The notes beneath the pieces were generated by a model. That model was not told the origin of the DNA and did no database searches. It worked only from the letters and a program-made list of their open reading frames with translations. From Okamejei kenojei (lineage: Eukaryota): 64,000 nucleotides of DNA. Positions 12,739 through 23,046 of the stretch are shown here, piece by piece (position 1 is the stretch's first letter; each line of letters opens with the position of its first letter). The translations under genes and the position numbers were made by a program. Location of the stretch: contig CM069163.1 in assembly GCA_035221665.1 (NCBI GenBank), forward strand, positions 15,748,001 to 15,812,000, in the 5' to 3' direction.

Positions 12739-14509
12739 CAACAGTATCACAGAAGAGTCTAACAAAAAAATCTGAGACAGATCTTACATCCAAAACAGCA
12801 CAAAAGCCATTGAGTGGATCATCCTCTTTTTCTGCATGTAACTCTTCTAAGAAAGCTACTTCAAAACCTACCCAACAGAAGACTGCTTCAGCATGTTCAG
12901 TTGCTGGGAAATCAAGACTTGAAAGAGTATGTCTGGCTCTGAATGACAAAACAACCAAACTGTACTGCTTATTTCTAAGTACTGTTCTCCCAGTATTTGA
13001 TGAAGCAAATCTTCTTCTGCAGAGAGATGAGCCTTGTATACATGTTCTTCACCAGACACTGATGTCCACTCTAAGGAAACTCATGTCTTATCTAGTTAAG
13101 CCTATGTCAATCAAGCAGCACTCTTTGCTTCAAGTACCATATGCAAATAAGGATCACCAAAGAACTGATGATGAACTATTCATTGGTAATTCTGCCAGAG
13201 AATTTCTCAGTGACCATCAAGACATAGACAGGGTCATGTTCTTCAGCAAAGTGAGGGCCTTCTACAAGCGTGCATTAGATTACATGCTAGCCAAGTTTCC
13301 TCTATCTGATGACCTCCTAAGGCATGCTGAGGTTGCTGACATTAAAAAGAGAGAAGCAATGACATTCTCATCTGTGAAGTATTTTGCACAGAGAATGCAG
13401 TGCCTTGGCTTCAGCAAAGCTGAAAAGTTGGATGAACTAGAGAAAGAGTTCATCTCTTTCCAGTTAGAGGAATTCCCAGAGGAAATCTCAACTTGCCAAA
13501 GAGTAGACAAGCAGTGGCATCTCATTGGAAACATGAAGGATCCATCCCAGCATGAGAAATATCCTCATCTCTCAACACTCATGAAGTCAGTGCTTGTTAT
13601 CTTTCACAGCAATGCTGAGTGTGAGCGAATTTTCAGCTTTGTCACAAAAACTAAGACTGAAATGAGATCCAGCATGAAAACAAACACTCTAAGTGACTTG
13701 ATTGTACAGAAGCAGTCAATGATCTCAAAAAAATCTGTGTGCTATGAACAGAAGTTTTCAAATGCACTTTTGCAAAAGTGCAAAAGTGGACTATATCAGA
13801 GTTTACAGCAAACTTAAATGATGAGCTGCATGATGAGCTGCATGTGTATACATACGTACATGAAGGTGAGTCTAGTGCCAAGTTTATCAAAGTTTAACAA
13901 AGAATTATAAATGTTTCAGCATACATGTACCTTTTTCACATTTTGGCATTTAAAATACTTCTTCACAATTTAGAATTTGTGACATGGGACCCCGAATAGG
14001 GCGCAGCGACATATTATGAATTTTCATTAAAAATATGAATTTTGAGGGGAAATATTATGAATTTTGACAATCAAATGTTGGGAGGTCTGTAAAGGATGGA
14101 GCAGCCACAAAATAATCCATGTGCAATTCGGAATCTGTTTAATTCCATAATTGCAATTTGACTGAATTTAAAGCATTGCATTGATTAACCTTTTCAGCAA
14201 TCTTCTGACTATCCATGGACTACAATTTTTCACACAAGATCAAATGTAGGATTCTGTGTATTTAATAACCTGATCGATTGATCTGGTACAGCGGGTTCCT
14301 TCCCAGTACTGGCAGAGCAGACATGGTGCAGGGTGCGGTTTCGTTTCAATCCAATTGCAAAAATAACCAGATCATTGCTCTCCTTTGGAATAGGATTATA
14401 ACTCCTCTTCTGACGACAAAAAAATGACACTAAACGGGACAAGTTGCAGGGCTGTCGCTAGTTCACGATGCCCTGTCATTGGCTCTAATGCACCCAATGC
14501 AACATCAAA

Positions 14510-15299
14510 GGTTCAAAGATATTTTAATGTTACGTGTACCAATTAAGGTACAGTGAAATGCGATTTACCATACAGCCACACTAAACAAAGCAACAAGACA
14601 CGCAACTACATAAAAGTTAACATAAACATAAAGGGGTTTCCACATTCCTCACTGTGATGGAAGGCAATAAAATCTAATCTTCTTCCTTCTTTATTCTCCT
14701 GCGGTCGGGGCAGTCGAACTATCTGCAGTAGGGGCAATCGAAGCCCCCACGTCGGGGCAGTCGAAACTCCCGCGGCTTGGAGCTCCCGAAGTCAGTCCCT
14801 GGTGTTAAAGTCCACAGGCTCCCGCAGTTGGAGCTTCCGAGGTCGATCCACAACAAGGATCACCAGCTCCACAATGTTAAGTTCTGCAGGCTCCCGTAGT
14901 TGGAGCTCCCAAAGTCGGTGCCCAGCAAGAAGCTGCCAACTCCAACTTAGGCCGCAGTGCAGACGGAGATACGATACAGAAAAAGTTGCATCTCCGTCGA
15001 GATGAGAGATTAAAAAGGTTTCCACCACCCCACCTCCAATATAAAACAAGCTAAAGAACATTAAAACATACATTTAACACATACTATGGGGTCAAGGAAA
15101 GAGCGTTCAAGTCACAGCTCTGTTTCCACCAATCTTTCCACCACCACACACAAGAAGCGCAAGACAGACACCATTGTGTGTGGATGCTGAGCTCTGGCTA
15201 AACAACTTCTAATCTTGTGCGTGGACTTGACATGAAGACACATACTATAAAACAACAAAGAAGGAAAAGGATGAGACAGACTGCAGGCGACGCAGCCAC
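14510..15299 (-). mobile_element. Non-coding dispersed repeat (probable non-autonomous non-LTR derivative)
   Basis: Shares blocks (TCTCCGTCGAG..GAGATTAAAAA, CCACATTCCTCACTGTGATGGAAGGCAA) with copies at 22216-23046 and 61485-62340. Confidence 0.6.
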
Positions 15300-15799
15300 T
15301 AGGGTTGCCAACTTTCTCAATCTCAAATTAGGGACAAACGGTCAAAATACGGGACAAATTCCCCACGGCAATTCGTTGACCGACTCGGCCGTGGCTGGGT
15401 GAATGATAAGTTGGCCCGGGTGCTGGACAGCACACAAAGCCCAGCCGGCGCGCCAGCTGAGGAGATTTGTCCCGCGTGATGTCGCGCGCAAACTCCGTCA
15501 CCCCATCCAACCCATGAACCGATGATCGGCGATGAGAAAGAGGGGTGTTGGTGTCCACGGTAAGCTAAGGTCCGAAGGTCGAACAGATGGGGCAACGGGC
15601 GAAGCGTTGCTGCTGCACTCCATGGGCTGCACTACGTCAGGACAGGTGAGGCGGGGCTGGACGCAGCGCTCCGACCCGACAGTCCCTTCGACCCGAGTAG
15701 TAGCAGTCAAATACGGGACAAGGGTGGTCCCGTATGGGACAAACCAATTTAGCCCAATATACCGGATGTCTCGCTAATAAGGGACAGTTGGCAACCCCA
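15300..15799. mobile_element. hAT (Blackjack-like termini) MITE, 500 bp, 8-bp TSD
   Basis: TIRs TAGGGTTGCCAACT / AGTTGGCAACCCCA; GCAGCCAC at 15292-15299 and 15800-15807; subterminal GGGAC repeats. Confidence 0.88.
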
Positions 15800-15995
15800 G
15801 CAGCCACTGTGAAACCAGCTGCAGAACTACTGTAGCTGAGATGCTGATCCAAGATGTGTCGAAGTGCTCATGTTTAGTGCTACTTGTACTGAACTGTATA
15901 CAAAAATAAATGTCACTGTACCTCGGTACATGTGATAAATAAAGTAACGAAGCCAACGGCGTCGAGCGGGCGCAGCACGATTCCAGAGACGACGA

Positions 15996-16246
15996 CGCGC
16001 AGGCGCAGTGTGTGGGCGACGGGTGTGCCGGGTGGTGCTGAGCGCGCAGGCGCAGTGTTTGTGTGGGCGACGGGTTTGCCGGGTGGTGCCAAGTGCGCAG
16101 GCGCAGTGTGTGGGCGACGGGTGTGCCGGGTGATGGTGAGTGCGCAGGCGCAGTGTGAGGGCGACGGTTGTGCCGGGTGGCGCTGGGCGCGCAGGCGCAG
16201 TGTGTGGGCGACGGTTGTGCCGGGTGGTGCTGGGCGCGCAGGCGCG
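15996..16246 (+). repeat. 47-bp minisatellite (5 units plus a partial), each with an NRF1-like motif
   Basis: YGCGCAGGCGCR at 15996, 16043, 16094, 16141, 16188 and 16235. Confidence 0.88.
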
Positions 16247-16386
16247 CTGGGTTCCCCGCCCCCTGACCCCCCCGAGCCGCGACGCCGGGCCTGCCGTGTT
16301 GATGTGCCGCTCTTGGAGTGAAAGCTTGGGTTGCTCCTCCTCGGCTTCGGTCCCGGCCGCTGAGTCGAGGCTGTCTCCCCGCCACC

Positions 16387-16516
16387 ATGTTTTCGGCCCT
16401 GAAAAAGCTGGTGGGCACGGAGCAGGCCCCGGGCAGGGACCGCATCATCCCGGCCGGGCTCCAGAGCATGAACCAGAGCCTACAGCGGAGATTTGCCAAG
16501 GGAGTGCAGTACAACA
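16387..16516 (+). CDS. RABL6: RABL6 (Rab-like protein 6) coding exon 1
   Basis: MFSALKKLVGTEQAPGRDRIIPAGLQSMNQSLQRRFAKGVQYN, near-identical to the vertebrate RABL6 N-terminus; donor A|gtgagc. Confidence 0.96.
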
Positions 16517-19127
16517 GTGAGCGGGGCCGGGCTGGGGCTGGGGCTGGGGCCGAGGCTGGGTCAGGGGTGGTGGGGTTAACACTGGTGCAGGAAGGAACTG
16601 TAGATGCCGATTTAAACCGAAGATAGAGACAAAATGCTGGAATAACTCAGCGGGACAGGCAGCATCTCCGGAGGGAAGGAATGGGTAACGTTTTGAGTAC
16701 GAAACATCACCTATCCCTTCTCTCCAGAGATGCTGCATGTCCCGTCGGTTCACACTGGGACGGCAATCAGCGGTTAAGCGCTGATTAAGGCACATTGGAT
16801 CTGGTGGTGATGATCTGGCACATTGTGAGCCAAATGAGTTGATGTAAACTGGAGGCAAAGGGGAAATGTAACAACGACTGGGACAACGGGCCAAGGGTTA
16901 GTTTAGCTCAGGACAACAGACAAATATACAGACCCGGGGGATTTATGTCAGGCCAATGGGCAACTGGTAAGGGGAGTTGGAGAAATGAATGAGTGTGACT
17001 GGTGCTTGTCCCAGGTCTTGAAACTTTGCCCTACGGGCAAGGATTTAGAGGATGATTGCAGTGACACATGAGATGACAATGTCTGCCGGTGGAGGAGTCT
17101 GGAGGTTTGGGTAATATGTGCAAGTGAGGTCTTCTGCAGTGTGTAGTACTTTTGATGGGAAACTAGTTTTCTAATTGCTACATTGGCTTGGATCAGTCTC
17201 AGTCAGCATAGATTAGGGAACAAAACTTTTCCAATCAAAGTCAATTTTATTCGTCACACAATCGGCTTCACATTGCTTTTTCCAACTCTGAAAACAGCAA
17301 AAAATAATTGCTGCACATTGGCTGAAAAATTGGACGTTAATCAGACACTGGCAAAGATTTTCTGGAGCAATTAGCTAATTTTGATACACTGATATACCAT
17401 AATAGGATCTAGTTGGAGATAAAGGACAACAGGATGTTTGCATGCAGAATGCCACTAATGTTTTTTTTAATTTGGCTATCCACATTGTAATTGCCTGTAA
17501 TTTAATGAAATAATATTAAGGCTCAAATACTTTGTTATGACATGATTCAAAGTGCACAAGTCAGCCATTGTCAATGTAGTGTAGGAAGGAACTGCAGATG
17601 CTGGTTTAAACCAGCATTATCAATGTAACGGTATGTATTTGTAACTGAATTGAGAACAAATGTTTTAGCTCAGAATTATAGGGATAGACCGTGTTCCTCA
17701 ATACCATATCTTTGTAGTATACAGAAGCTGACCTTCACCTCCTGATACTGCACCCCAGACACAATATGCATTGTCTTTGTTATACAGAGACGTTCTTTCC
17801 CCGGTTTTATCTGAAGACTGACCTATATCCGGGGTCAGGTGGCAGTGGACCTGTTTCCACAAGTACTTTACCTGAGTGTTTTAGACATACAAAGAAACAT
17901 ATCTCCATTTGTATTGTTCTCATGGACAGAACAAATAAATGTAAGAGCATTGTCAGTTTCTCTAGTCTAACAATGCAGCTGACATCCCTCATCCATCTGT
18001 CCTGAAATGCAGTTATCACAGTTATCTTGTTATGGTCAAACTAATGCTTAATCCAGTTTCAAAGTAATTTCCTTGCTTTTGTACTCTACCTCCTGTTTTT
18101 GATTCCTAAAATCTATTGGACTTTACATTCTTTATTATCCGCTCTCCTAACATGTCCTGTCCTTTTCATCGACAAGGTCACCACTTCTTTTAGAACGGTG
18201 CTATTTTATCCATTTTGCCCCAACCTATTCTTTCTGCCAATGTCTGTCTTAAACTCCATCTACCTATTCTGCAAGCTTCTCGTGTATTTTATCTTATTTC
18301 TTGCTTTATATGATACTTCCAACTCTTGTCATTCACAAATTTCAAAATATTATTGTCCTCCATGACTAAGACAAACATATATATGACAAAATTAACAGTA
18401 ATCCTGGCATTGACCTTTTGAACACCACTGTCTGCCGTTCTCCAAGGTGATACCAAAGTTTGACAAAGAGTCTTCCTGAAACGTCATCTGTCCATTCCCT
18501 CCACACATGCTGCCTGGTCCGCTGAGTTCCTTGGCGTGACTCAAGATTCCAGCATCTAAAGTCTCTTGTGCCTTGAACCTTGTCCATTACTTTATCACAA
18601 AAAAATGTAATTAATTAAATATGATTTGCTTTCAACACATGTGAGCTGACTCCTTTTGGAACACAAACTTCTTGCTGTTGCCAGAAACGTCCTCACATGA
18701 GTTTACACTGACTGACCTGCAGTTGCCAGACATGTATTTTTATGCTTTTATAATCTAGGGTGTTAGATTTGCCATTTTCCATTCCTCTGGCATGATCCCT
18801 GTATCAAAAGAGAATTGGAAGACCTGTAAAGCCCTTTTCCTGCCTTAATCCTCTTTAAGTGATGTTACATCCTTCCTGCATCGGGTGGCTTATTCACCTA
18901 AATCATCACCAGCATTTCTTGTGTTCCTATTGACATTTGAGCACATCCTTTTCAGTAATAAAATCCATTCAGATGCCAGACAGTCAGCCCCACCTCTTCT
19001 CCAAACTTTTTTTTGCATGTCTACAGAAAGCTTTTTGAATCCCTATTATGTTAACTGCCAATTTCCCCTCATACTTTCCCTTTGCTTGCAATATTTTCAT
19101 TATCACCTGCCCTCTCAGCTCATAGTC

Positions 19128-19217
19128 TGAAGAAGGGTCTTGTCCCGAAACTTCACCCATTCCTTCTCTCCAGAGATGCTGCCTGTCCCGCTGAGTTACT
19201 CCAGCATTTTCTGTCTA
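19128..19217 (+). mobile_element. Short Penelope-derived hammerhead-bearing element with ~18-bp flanking direct repeat
   Basis: CCCTCTCAGCTCATAGTC at 19110-19127 and 19218-19235; core CTGAAGA-AGGGTCTTGTCCC-GAAACTTC. Confidence 0.7.
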
Positions 19218-19239
19218 CCCTCTCAGCTCATAGTCAAAC

Positions 19240-19690
19240 AGTACAGAAACTCGTCCTTTGGTCCAACTTGTCCATGCCCCATACAAGCTAGTCCCATTTG
19301 TTCGCAATTAGCCCAAATCCCTTTCAACCTTTCCTATCATGAACCTGTCCAAATGTCTTTTAGATGTTGTCACAGTACCTGCTTCAACTAAATCTGGCAG
19401 CTCTTTCCATATACCAACCACCCTCTGGGAAAGGTTGCCCCACAGGTTCCTATTTAAATCCTTCCTCTTTCTTTAAACCTATGCCCTCTTGTTCTTTATT
19501 GCTCTACCCAGGGGAAAATGACTGCATTCGTTCAACCCATGTCCCTCATGATTTTGTGCACCTCTATAAGGTCACCCCTTAGCATCCTGCGCTCCAAGGA
19601 ATGGTCCTATGCTGTTCAAATGTCCCTGTGCCTCAGGTTCTCTAGTCCTGGCAAGATCCTCGTAAATCTCTCTGCACCCTTTCCAGCATA
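19240..19690 (-). mobile_element. CR1-type LINE 3' fragment
   Basis: Antisense match to the CR1 3' end seen at 55680-56410; ends approximate. Confidence 0.65.
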
Positions 19691-21034
19691 ATTGATTAGA
19701 TTCAGCCAGGTTCTCACTGAAAACACTAACCTGACCTGCATTATTTAGTTTATTTTCTTTTATCCCTTTTCGCCATTCAGAGAGCTCTTGCTTTGATTTT
19801 ATTACCTTTTCCCCATTGTGGAAATGAAAGGCCTGAAACCTGATAGTCATTTCATCTCCGTCCCACTCTGACATTTCCAGCACCAGATCTAAAAGTGTCT
19901 GGTTAATTCTTGAAGCAAGTTGTCCTCCACTTTGCTCTTGACCCCAATTTTGTTCCAATCATTATTGGTGTCATTAAAACTCAAAGCATATTCCTACAAT
20001 TTTTGCTTCGTTGTAATTTATTTGTATCGCTTTTACTATTCAATGCTCTACAGACCTGCACAGTGGCACATGCTATACTTGCCAGTGTTCTACTGCTGTT
20101 TCTACAGTGGCACATGCTGAATCCACCACTCTTTTTACTCCAGTATTACATTGTGACACAGCTATGCCCTACAGTACACTACTCCACTACTATAGGCTGT
20201 ATGCATCATTACCAGACCCTGGATTATAGACAGTGATGGTTTTTGGGACGGTATGCCCTGGTACAGTATACCCGCATCTCCAAAAAGTTAAATGTTTTTT
20301 TGTTTTCCGGCTGCTTGTCACGTATGTAAATATGTGGCCGGATAACAAAATAGCCGTTTTTTTTGTGTGTCCAAATCTGGCCTTGGTACCTGTACAATTT
20401 GTAATGTTATTTCCCTGTTTCTAAACTTTATTCCAATGCTCTTGCCATAAAGGCTAAGTCGCCTTTAACTTCCTAACTGCCTGTTGTACCTGTCCGTTGA
20501 CTTTTTGCGATTCATGCATAAGAACACCCTGTTGTATAGAAGCAAATCTGTACCCATCTCTGCTCCAGTATTATCAAGGTACACACCAGTATCCATCTAC
20601 TTCAGTGTTGTTGAGGAATAAACTTGTACCCACTTCTAAAGTACTCCAGTGTTACGTACATCAAGTCTGTACCCATCAATATTGGACTCGTGTTGCAAAG
20701 AGACAGCTCTGTGGTTGTTGGTGATGTCACAAAGGAACACATCTGCAGCCCCCAGTCATGTGTCTGAGTGGCTCTACATAAGTGGATAGGCTTGTCCAGA
20801 CAACTACAGTACTGCATTGTTGTAGACACATTCTTTGCTGTTTCTATCCTATTCCCATCTTGCCCCCCTCCTCTCATACTGTTCGCACTTCTCATTACTC
20901 ATTCCCTTTCGCCAACCCTTGCATTGCTCCTGGGTCTTTAACTGTTTGCACTTCTGTTGCTAAAACATCTACCATCGGGCAGAAATACACCATGATGATT
21001 TGTGGAGCAGAAAGCCTGTCATATATTTCCTTCA

Positions 21035-21899
21035 GTAACTTGAGTAACGCTTTTGACAACATCCCACACTGTAGGCAGGTTAAGATGGTTAGATCACATG
21101 GGATCCAAGGTGTGTGAGGCAACTGAATACAAAATTGGATTGATGGGTCGGAGTATGGTAGAGGTTTTTTTCAGCTTGGAGCCCTGTGACGTGTGGCGTG
21201 CATCACACATAGCTGCTGTGTCCCCTGTTATTTGTCATTTATTAATGATTTGGATGAAAATGTAGGTGACATGATTTAGTAAATTAATTGGTGACACCAA
21301 AATTGACAGTAAAGTTTTCTAACATTACATCAGCTTATCTCAGAAATTGGACAAAGAAATAGCTGATGGAATGTAACTCTGACGTGCTGCAGTGGTGAAT
21401 TTTGGAAAGTTACACTGTGAATGTTAGGGCCCTGTGGAATGTTGGAGAACAGAGACCCAGGTTACAAGTACCTAGTTCTTTGTAAGAGACGACACAGTGA
21501 TGAAGGCAAATGGCACACTTGCCTTCATCGTTTGGTACTTCCTGTTATAGCTGCTCAGGATGTTGGTCACACTAATATTAAGCTGAAGAAGATGCAGAAG
21601 AAATTCACAAGGATGTTGTTGGGACTGGAGGGCTCGGGTTATACAGTGACTCTGGATAGGCTGGGACTGTTTTTCATGGAGAGAAAAATCATGAGGGGAA
21701 TACACCAAGACATGTGGCGTCTAAAACAAAGTGCATGGGTTTAAGATGAGAGTGGAAAGATTTAAGAAGGTGTGGTGGGTATATGGAACAAGCTGGTAGA
21801 GGTGAAAAGGTTTGGAGCGATATGGGCCAAACACCGGCAAATGGGACTGACACCATGGCCGAATTGGACGTGATGGGCTGAAGGGGCTGTTTCTGTGCA
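21035..21899 (+). mobile_element. Degraded CR1-type LINE (RT to 3' end)
   Basis: Remnant motifs AFDNIPH...VRSHGIQG and KKFTRMLLGLEG..LDRLGLF; CR1 3' tail ending ~30 nt before the exon 2 acceptor. Confidence 0.72.
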
Positions 21900-21928
21900 T
21901 AAACAAATTAATGTTTCTGATTTTCTAG

Positions 21929-22063
21929 TGAAAATATTGATCCGAGGTGATCGTAATACAGGAAAGACAACATTATGGCACAGACTGCAAGGCAAGAAGT
22001 TCGTGGAACAATACATCCCAACTCAGGAAATCCAAGTCACCAGCATTCACTGGAGCTACAAAA
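21929..22063 (+). CDS. RABL6: RABL6 coding exon 2 (P-loop)
   Basis: ttctag acceptor, A|gtaagt donor, 135 nt; (M)[44 protein letters not shown]. Confidence 0.96.
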
Positions 22064-22215
22064 GTAAGTTTGGAAAGCAGAAGTTTTCAGAAAGTGTAAT
22101 AGAAAAGGTCAATTGTTCAGTTATCATCTACGCAGAGTGTGAATGAGGAATGATTCAGATGCACAACTTTGGAAGTTTTAGTTCTTTAAATCTTCAGTGT
22201 TATAAGGTCAAGTTG

Positions 22216-23046
22216 GGAGCGGCGGCGCTGCCCTGGCAGCAGCGGCTTGCCTGCAGTCCGTCTGTTTTTCTTTTTATTTGTTGTTTTCTTGTCTTGTTTT
22301 AGCGTTAGTTTGAGTTATTATGTAGTGTATTTGTGTGGGAGGGGTGGGAGAAACGTTCTTAGTCTCTTCCTTTTGGGGAGACGCGACTTTTCTTATCGCA
22401 TCCCCCGTCTCTGTCTGCGCTGAGGCCTATCGCGGAGCAGGTGGCCTCCAACTTTAACTGCGACCGACCCGAGGCTCCGGAGGTAGAGCCAGCCAGGACT
22501 TACCAGCGCGGGGCTGGCCGGCTTCGGGGCTGCGGCGGGTTCAGGCGTTCCGGCGGCCGACTCGGAGCTGTGGCGGTGGTGGCGGTGGCGGCGGCAGCGA
22601 CTTCGGTGGTTCGCCCGCGGGCCCAGTGGAGGATATCGTTGGGAGCTCGCAGGTCACAGGTTGGTGACCTGTTTTTCCGGAGCTCCCGCGGCAACAGCTG
22701 CGTCCGCTGGACTGGAGGGCGGCAGCTTCGGCAGCTTCGACGGCCGTGGAGTTGAACCCGCCCGCTCGCGGAGAGCGGTTCACCCGCGGGACTTATTTAC
22801 ATCACCCGGTGCGGTCACAACATCGGAGGCCCGGGTCGCCTCAGCGCAGACGAAGAAGGGAAGAGACAAAGACAAGATTTTTGCCTTCCACCACAGTGAG
22901 GAGGTGTCTGGTGAACTCACTGTGGTGAATGTTAAATATGTGTTTAATGTGTGTTTTTGTTATTTACTATATGTATGACTGCAGGCAACAAAATTTCGTT
23001 CAGACCGCAAGGTCTGAATGACAATAAAGTTTTCCAAGTTCCAAGT
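22216..23046 (+). mobile_element. GC-rich non-coding dispersed repeat (probable non-autonomous non-LTR derivative)
   Basis: Starts GGAGCGGCGGCGCTGCC, CpG-rich interior, ends AATAAA plus repeated TCCAAGT; related to 14510-15299 and 61485-62340. Confidence 0.6.

Larger units (their letters stand above)
10634..13817 (+). pseudogene. hAT transposase disrupted by one in-frame stop (10904-10906) and a nested MITE
   Basis: BED-like finger (CSIC...HVNSAKH), catalytic D (SLATDGS), D (GADNAN), CxxH (GCACHLLHL), TRW motif, C-terminal HSNAECERIFS. ORFs 10634 and 10940 share a frame, and ORF 12810 joins it after removing 565 bp; ~872 codons reconstructed. Confidence 0.9.
9574..14089 (+). mobile_element. 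Full-length hAT DNA transposon with 6-bp TSD (hAT6-like)
   Basis: TIRs CCGACCTCCCAAC (9574) / GTTGGGAGGTCTG (ends 14089); TAAAGG duplicated at 9568-9573 and 14090-14095; subterminal TCCCG and ATGAATTTT repeats; internal transposase. Confidence 0.88.
15950..16580 (+). promoter_or_regulatory. CpG island promoter / first exon region of RABL6
   Basis: High GC and CpG density around the start codon; CGCCACCATG Kozak context at 16387. Confidence 0.8.

Noticed and set aside
10634-13817. Domesticated ZBED/ZNF862-like host gene
   Set aside because: It retains TIRs and a TSD and carries a nonsense codon plus an insertion, which fits a recently inactivated transposon.
15996-16246. Regularly spaced repeats here and at 43122-43251 as CRISPR-like arrays
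   Set aside because: The intervening sequences are themselves repeated rather than unique spacers; no cas genes; the context is a vertebrate spliced gene.
15774-16514. 246-aa minus-strand ORF across the RABL6 promoter
   Set aside because: Its repetitive peptide simply translates the minisatellite and CpG island; no evidence for a coding antisense gene.
20231-20425. Possible small DNA-transposon remnant starting CAGTGATGG
   Set aside because: No matching TIR or TSD could be identified by eye.
22441-22978. ORFs in the GC-rich intron 2 segment, and ORF 61663-62175
   Set aside because: They fall inside copies of a dispersed repeat, and reading frames are not shared between the copies.
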